Source: an uncultured Vicinamibacteraceae bacterium
Lineage (GTDB): Bacteria > Acidobacteriota > Vicinamibacteria > Vicinamibacterales > UBA8438
DNA length: 64,000 bases
Reading direction: 5' to 3'
Assembly (NCBI GenBank): GCA_964342185.1
Contig: CAYFER010000012.1
Coordinates: 1,329 to 65,328, forward strand
Of this stretch, positions 58,871 through 64,000 are shown piece by piece; position 1 is the first letter of the stretch, and each line of letters begins with the position of its first letter. The notes beneath the pieces are model-generated. The model worked only from the letters and a program-made list of their open reading frames with translations. It did not search any database and was not told the DNA's origin. The translations under genes and the position numbers were made by a program.

Positions 58871-60223
58871 ATGGCGACTCAAAATCATTTACGCAAGTCG
58901 GATAGGGTTGAGTCGGAAGGCGGTCCGGCCGGGTCGAATGTATCGCCGGCATCGCTGAGTCCAGGGTTTCTCGACATTCCCGTTTTACTCGACCGTCTTT
59001 CCTATCGCTATCCCTCATTGCTTGTCGATGCGGTAACGGAGCATGAACCAGGTTCTAGGATGGTTGCTGTTAAGAACGTAACTGTCAATGAAGAGTACTT
59101 TCAAGGGCACTTCCCTGGGACTCCTCTCATGCCTGGTGTCATGATGATTGAAAGTCTGGCGCAAGTGGCAACGTTGCTGTTGTTGTCGGACGATAGTCAC
59201 GACGGTGCTAGGAATGCTCGTGCGGTTCTCCGTCGCGTCGACAACGCAAAGTTTCGCCGGCAGGTTTTGCCAGGTGATCAACTGAATCTTGAAGTCGTTA
59301 TTCGTAAGCGGTCGAATGACGAGGCCGTTGTTTATGGCGTTGCCAAGACAAGTGAATTTGTTGTGGCTCAGACTGATCTTTTGATCGGGTTTGAGTATGA
59401 CCCGGCGGAAGTTCATGACACAGCAATCGTTCACCCAGCAGCCGTAATAGGTCAAGGTAGTGTGGTTGGACCTCATGCTGTGATTGGTCAAGGAGTTCGG
59501 TTGGGGGAACGATGTCGGGTCGGTGCCTCAGCAGTTCTTGATGGTGACACGGAGATAGGGGATGGTTGTGAGTTTTTTCCATTTACATCAGTTGGTTTGA
59601 TTCCTCAAGATCTCAAGTTTCAGGGTGAACAGACACGGTTGGTGATTGGTCACAGAAATGTATTCCGAGAGGGTGTGACCGTTCATCGCGGTACTCGTGG
59701 CGGCGGTGGGCTGACCTTGATTGGGGACGACAATGTGTTCATGGCCTACGCACATGTCGCCCATGACTGCATTATTGGCGACCGCAACATTTTTGGAAAC
59801 GGAGCAACTCTTGGTGGCCATGTGGTGGTGGAAGACGAAGCAGCCGTTAGTGCCTATTCAGGTGTGCACCAGTTTTGTCGTGTAGGACGGCAAGCATTTG
59901 TTGGTGGTTATTCAGTGATAACGAAAGACGCTGTTCCATATGGCAAAACTGTCGGAAATCGAGCCCGTATATATGGTTTAAATACAATTGGGCTCGTTCG
60001 ACGTGAGTGTTCTCCGGAGACAGTAGTCAAACTTAAGAAGGCCTATCGATATTTACTGCAGTCAAAGCTGAATACCACACATGCACTCTTACGCATTGAA
60101 AGCGATCCGGAGTTAAAGTGCCCGGAAGTCGACTATTTACTTGCGTTTATTCGCACGTCGAAACGTGGAGTCAATCTGCGCCGCCCGTCGCGACGGATGG
60201 AGCAAGTCGCAGTCGACGAATAG
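58871..60223 (+). CDS. lpxA: FabZ-LpxA fusion: 3-hydroxyacyl-ACP dehydratase plus UDP-GlcNAc acyltransferase
   Basis: FabZ motifs RYP.LLVD, KNVTVNEEYFQGHFP and MPGVMMIESLAQ, then hexapeptide repeats with PQDLKF, TVHRGT, AHVAHDC, LGGHV and VHQF in one frame. Confidence 0.93.
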   Translation: MATQNHLRKSDRVESEGGPAGSNVSPASLSPGFLDIPVLLDRLSYRYPSLLVDAVTEHEPGSRMVAVKNVTVNEEYFQGHFPGTPLMPGVMMIESLAQVATLLLLSDDSHDGARNARAVLRRVDNAKFRRQVLPGDQLNLEVVIRKRSNDEAVVYGVAKTSEFVVAQTDLLIGFEYDPAEVHDTAIVHPAAVIGQGSVVGPHAVIGQGVRLGERCRVGASAVLDGDTEIGDGCEFFPFTSVGLIPQDLKFQGEQTRLVIGHRNVFREGVTVHRGTRGGGGLTLIGDDNVFMAYAHVAHDCIIGDRNIFGNGATLGGHVVVEDEAAVSAYSGVHQFCRVGRQAFVGGYSVITKDAVPYGKTVGNRARIYGLNTIGLVRRECSPETVVKLKKAYRYLLQSKLNTTHALLRIESDPELKCPEVDYLLAFIRTSKRGVNLRRPSRRMEQVAVDE

Positions 60224-60271
60224 ACCTACCTCAGAGAAGAAATATCAGCGAGAACGGTGCGTGAAACCACT

Positions 60272-61102
60272 ATGCGGATTGGTCTAATCGCTGGCAATGG
60301 ACGGTTCCCGTTTCTCGTGATAGATGCTGCCCACAGCCTCGGTCATGAGGTCACGGTCATTGCGATTCGTGAGGAGGTTGACGCCGCCATCGAATCGTTT
60401 GCTGACGGCCGTGCGGGATTTGTAACTCATTGGATATCACTTGGTCAGTTGGGGCGTTGTATCGCGATCCTCAAAGAGGCTGGTGTGTCGCGTGTAATGA
60501 TGGCTGGGCAGGTCAAACACACAAAGTTGTTTTCTAAGGTTGTGCCCGACCTGACTTTTTTCTCTGTGTTGAAGCGACTTCGGAATCGGAACACGGATTC
60601 TGTAATCTCTGCTGTGGCTGAGGTCCTCAGTGAGAATGGTATTGAATTGTTGGATTCAACTTCATTCCTGAAACCACTGTTGGCAAGTGCGGGAGAATTG
60701 TCAAAGAGAAGTCCTTCGGAAGCCGAAGCATCAGATCTCGCATTCGGTTACGAAATGGCTGATACCATTGCTGCCCTCGACATCGGACAGACGATTGTTG
60801 TCAAAGACCGTGCTGTGGTGGCTGTTGAGGCAATGGAAGGAACAGACGACGTAATCATTAGGGCCGGTCGATTGGCTGGTGCGGGAGCGTGTGTCATAAA
60901 GGTGGCAAAACCTGAACAAGATATGCGTTTCGATGTTCCTGTGGTAGGTGTGGCAACTATTCGTAGTATGCAGGAAGCCGGAGCGACAGTCCTCTCGGTG
61001 GATGAAGGACGAGCTCTAATGCTAGATGGTGAGGCAGTAATCAGGAGTGCTGACGAAGCGCATATTGCGATTGTTGGTCGCTCGCGAGGATCTAAAGAAT
61101 GA
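60272..61102 (+). CDS. lpxI: UDP-2,3-diacylglucosamine diphosphatase LpxI
   Basis: [45 protein letters not shown]; directly after lpxA. Confidence 0.93.
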   Translation: MRIGLIAGNGRFPFLVIDAAHSLGHEVTVIAIREEVDAAIESFADGRAGFVTHWISLGQLGRCIAILKEAGVSRVMMAGQVKHTKLFSKVVPDLTFFSVLKRLRNRNTDSVISAVAEVLSENGIELLDSTSFLKPLLASAGELSKRSPSEAEASDLAFGYEMADTIAALDIGQTIVVKDRAVVAVEAMEGTDDVIIRAGRLAGAGACVIKVAKPEQDMRFDVPVVGVATIRSMQEAGATVLSVDEGRALMLDGEAVIRSADEAHIAIVGRSRGSKE

Positions 61103-62115
61103 AGCACTCGGGGCGGTTACGGGTAGGTGTGATAGGAGTCGGTTATGTCGGACGCCACCATGCGAGGATTTTGAGCAACATTGAAGATGTGGAACTCGTG
61201 GCGGTAGCTGATATTGATCACGATCAGGCAAAACTGGTTGGATCGGAGAACGGGTGTGGTTTTACAAAGAACCACCATCGACTGATATATGGTGGTAGCG
61301 GTGACTGGGATGATCCAAAACGAGAGAAAGGTGTTGACGCGGTAACAGTCGCAGTCCCGACCGAAGATCATGCGAGTGTGGCGATCCCTATCCTGAATTC
61401 AGGAATTCCTGTTTTGGTGGAGAAGCCGATTGCGGCTTCTTTGGCGGAATCGGACAAGATGATTCAGGCTGCCAGCGACGGCGGAACTCTTCTCGCAGTC
61501 GGTCATTCAGAACGCTATAATCCGGCGGTTACGACGGCTATGCCTCTTGTGAATGAGCCAAGATTTATTGAGGTGCATCGGTTGTCGGCATTTCAAGGAA
61601 GGGGTTTAGACGTTGATGTGATTTTCGATCTCATGATCCATGATCTTGACTTACTTCTCTCTATCGTAGGAGCAGAAGTTGAATCGGTTGAAGCTGTTGG
61701 CGTCCCGGTGCTTACCGACCGGCATGATATAGCAAACGTCAGACTTCGTTTTACCAATGGGTGTATTGCGAACCTCACGGCGAGTCGAATTAGTCGAGAT
61801 CGAGTTAGGAAATTAAGGTTCTTTCAACACTATTCATTGGTTACGGTAGATTGTGCTGCCAAAGCAGTGGAAGCGTTTCAAGTAATTCGCGACACTAAAG
61901 GCGAGGCGACGATTAAGGGCGGCCCGATAGAGGTTCCGGCTGGAGAACCGCTTGAATTGGAACTTCGTGGATTCGTGGACGCTGTAAAGGCCAATCGCGG
62001 CCCGTTGGTCGATGGTGCGGCTGGACGACGCGCCTTGGAACTGGCCGAAAGGATTGCAGTGTCTATGGACTCTAGACATAGTGGAGAAAGTTCTCCCGTT
62101 TCTGGGGCACTGTGA
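61099..62115 (+). CDS. Gfo/Idh/MocA oxidoreductase, GnnA-like (UDP-GlcNAc 3-dehydrogenase candidate)
   Basis: [48 protein letters not shown]; located in the lipid A cluster. Confidence 0.85.
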   Translation: MKHSGRLRVGVIGVGYVGRHHARILSNIEDVELVAVADIDHDQAKLVGSENGCGFTKNHHRLIYGGSGDWDDPKREKGVDAVTVAVPTEDHASVAIPILNSGIPVLVEKPIAASLAESDKMIQAASDGGTLLAVGHSERYNPAVTTAMPLVNEPRFIEVHRLSAFQGRGLDVDVIFDLMIHDLDLLLSIVGAEVESVEAVGVPVLTDRHDIANVRLRFTNGCIANLTASRISRDRVRKLRFFQHYSLVTVDCAAKAVEAFQVIRDTKGEATIKGGPIEVPAGEPLELELRGFVDAVKANRGPLVDGAAGRRALELAERIAVSMDSRHSGESSPVSGAL

Positions 62116-62981
62116 TTGCTATGGCGGCGACACGAGGTCACCTCACTGGTAATGATTTCGAAGGAATAAGAGAATATGACCTGATTCAACTGGGAATCGC
62201 TGCGGACGAGCGGCTCCGAGCCCGGCGTGGGCAGCGCGTGACTTATGTGAGGGTTCAAGAAATATCTTCTTTTATGGGCCCTGCCGATGTTGAGGTTCTG
62301 CCTGGTGCCGGTGAACTTCGGATCGTGGTAGAGCCAGAGACCCAGGACGAAGCGCTGTCATTAACACGTGCTGTTTCCAGTGTTTCAGGCAAAGTTCCGT
62401 TAACGGGTTTTCGCCTCGACCAACTAGCGGAATTGTGCAATAACGAAGGTCGGGCGTTGGGGCGTTTGCTTACAGATCTTCGCAAGGCTGGACTCAAAAT
62501 GGTGTCGGCGTTGTCGGCAGAGACGACACTTGCACGTAAGTGGCTAGATGTGAGTAGCGATGTTGGCATCGATGTGGCAAGGTTAACCGTTGAGCGACCT
62601 GAGGGTGATCGTGGTGTTGATTTAATGACGAAGATTTCAGAATGGGGTCGGTCTACAAAGCATGTTCATGCTTTTGCGCCACTGGCTGGTAGGATGGACG
62701 ATGGGGTCACAACAGGTTATGGTGATATGCGGATAATTGCGCAAGCGCGTCTGTTGGTTGACAATATCGATTCTATTCAGGTTGACTGGTCTCGCTTAGG
62801 CGCCAAGCTTGCCCAAGTTTCTTTGACGTTCGGCGCGGACGATATTGACTCCGTGTCGTCGAGTGACTCACGTGAGCGCGGGCCGAGGCGAATGCCCGTG
62901 GAGGAACTTAAGCAGAACATCTTGGCGGCAGACCGAGTCCCGGTTGAGCGTGATGGGTGTTTTGAGACGTCTGCTTTATGA
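62112..62981 (+). CDS. Degenerate MqnE/CofH-like radical-SAM-fold protein lacking CxxxCxxC
   Basis: N-terminal DLIQLGIAADERLRARRGQRVTYV and C-terminal TGYGDMRIIAQARLLVDNI...LGAKLAQVSLTFGADDID...VPVERD match MqnE/MqnC-type proteins, but only 2 isolated Cys are present. Confidence 0.75.
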   Translation: MIAMAATRGHLTGNDFEGIREYDLIQLGIAADERLRARRGQRVTYVRVQEISSFMGPADVEVLPGAGELRIVVEPETQDEALSLTRAVSSVSGKVPLTGFRLDQLAELCNNEGRALGRLLTDLRKAGLKMVSALSAETTLARKWLDVSSDVGIDVARLTVERPEGDRGVDLMTKISEWGRSTKHVHAFAPLAGRMDDGVTTGYGDMRIIAQARLLVDNIDSIQVDWSRLGAKLAQVSLTFGADDIDSVSSSDSRERGPRRMPVEELKQNILAADRVPVERDGCFETSAL

Positions 62982-63775
62982 GTAACATACGTTTAAGTGC
63001 CGTGGAGTACCTCAACGCCAGGCCACTCGTTTATGGCCTGGATGCGAGGCAGGATCTTTTCGACTGTCGTTATGACGTTCCGGCGAAATGCGCTGCGATG
63101 CTTCACGATAAGTCAGTCGATCTCAGTTTAATTCCTTCGATTGAATATTTTGGACACCCTGACTATCGCATTGTTCCAGACATTGGCGTGATGTCCACAG
63201 GACCGGTGGCATCTGTGGCTTTATTTACGGATCGACCTGCCACCGCGCTACGATCGGTCGCGGTCGATGTAAGTTCTCGAACGGCTGTTGCGCTATTACG
63301 CGTTTTGTGCGCCCAGTGGTTCGATATTGAACCGACATTTGTCACTCTTCGCCCAGACCTTCCAACTATGCTTAAGCGCTGCGATGCAGCACTTCTGATA
63401 GGCGATGCCGCGTTATATCAAGAGCACGAAACTAATGGTCTCGATAAGATTGATCTAGGTTATGAATGGACCGCAATGACTGGATTGCCTTTTGTGTGGT
63501 CGTTTTGGGTTGGTCGCACCGGTTGTATTGACACAAATCATATCAACGCACTCAGAACCGCGCGAGATACTGGCGTTCAGCAGCTTGATCAAATTGCAGA
63601 ACAGTACGCATCTTCTGAAGAAGAAGATGCGCTTGCTATAGCTAAGGAATATCTCCACGACAACGTATCGTACACTCTGGACGATCAGGCTCGCACAGGC
63701 ATGAAAAAGTTTTTTAGTGCAGCTGCAGATTTACAGATTGTTCCCTCTGGTGGGAAGCTCCGCTACTTTGAGTAG
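62978..63775 (+). CDS. mqnA: Chorismate dehydratase (futalosine pathway)
   Basis: VEYLNARPL, GPVASV, SSRTAVAL, LLIGDAAL, DLGYEWTAMTGLPFVWSFW. Confidence 0.92.
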   Translation: MSNIRLSAVEYLNARPLVYGLDARQDLFDCRYDVPAKCAAMLHDKSVDLSLIPSIEYFGHPDYRIVPDIGVMSTGPVASVALFTDRPATALRSVAVDVSSRTAVALLRVLCAQWFDIEPTFVTLRPDLPTMLKRCDAALLIGDAALYQEHETNGLDKIDLGYEWTAMTGLPFVWSFWVGRTGCIDTNHINALRTARDTGVQQLDQIAEQYASSEEEDALAIAKEYLHDNVSYTLDDQARTGMKKFFSAAADLQIVPSGGKLRYFE

Positions 63776-63780
63776 GGTCA

Positions 63781-64000
63781 GTGTCTACCGATCAGATTTC
63801 CCACAAAATAGAGAATGGCGGACGCTTAACAAAGGCGGAAGCGTTTGAGCTTTATACGACTGCGTCGACGTTTCAACTGGGGCGTTTAGCTGATGCTGTA
63901 CGAGCGCAAAAACATAGGAACAGGATTGTCACTTACATAATCGATCGTAATGTGAATTACACCAACGTGTGTGTAGCACGATGTAACTTTTGTGCGTTTT
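63781..64000 (+). CDS. mqnC: Cyclic dehypoxanthinyl futalosine synthase, N-terminal part (runs off the window; not in the ORF track)
   Basis: Manual translation from GTG 63781: ...LGRLADAVRAQKHRNRIVTYIIDRNVNYTNVCVARCNFCAF, with an intact CxxxCxxC and the MqnC-type IDRN(V/I)NYTNVC. Confidence 0.85.
   Translation, partial: MSTDQISHKIENGGRLTKAEAFELYTTASTFQLGRLADAVRAQKHRNRIVTYIIDRNVNYTNVCVARCNFCAF

Noticed and set aside
62112-62981. Frameshifted or fragmented mqnE pseudogene
   Set aside because: The frame is open end to end, overlaps both neighbours by 4 nt, and no Cys motif is hidden in the alternative frames, so it is kept as an intact degenerate CDS.

Overview
A densely packed, almost entirely housekeeping chromosomal segment. 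Gene content and style point to an Acidobacteriota genome, probably Vicinamibacteria/subdivision 6 (inference from an acidobacterial-type VWA protein, a long ArgRS and several lineage-style hypothetical proteins; GC is about 50% by eye). It encodes DNA repair (uvrA 3' part, mpg, uvrC), translation (efp, trpS, valS, argS, lysS, rpsA, prfB with its +1 frameshift, rluB, rlmD), scpAB, cofactor genes (nadC, birA, coaX, mobA, ribH, hemW, and the futalosine genes mqnA and mqnC), a dnaK-dnaJ-hspR heat-shock operon, clpC, lolCDE-type ABC genes and a bamA-skp-[fabZ-lpxA]-lpxI envelope cluster. I found no tRNA, rRNA, CRISPR array or mobile element. The most unusual items are: (1) an intact MqnE-like radical-SAM homolog with no Fe-S cysteine motif, directly upstream of mqnA-mqnC; (2) a single-ORF FabZ-LpxA fusion followed by lpxI and a GnnA-like dehydrogenase; (3) a DnaC/DnaI-like ATPase with an upstream DnaA box and a C-terminal clamp-binding-like motif, plus a separate DnaD-like hypothetical protein; (4) a RomR-like response regulator overlapping the start of valS; (5) a long G-U-rich RNA hairpin and a HAIR-like operator. 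All family calls come from motif recognition, not database searches.
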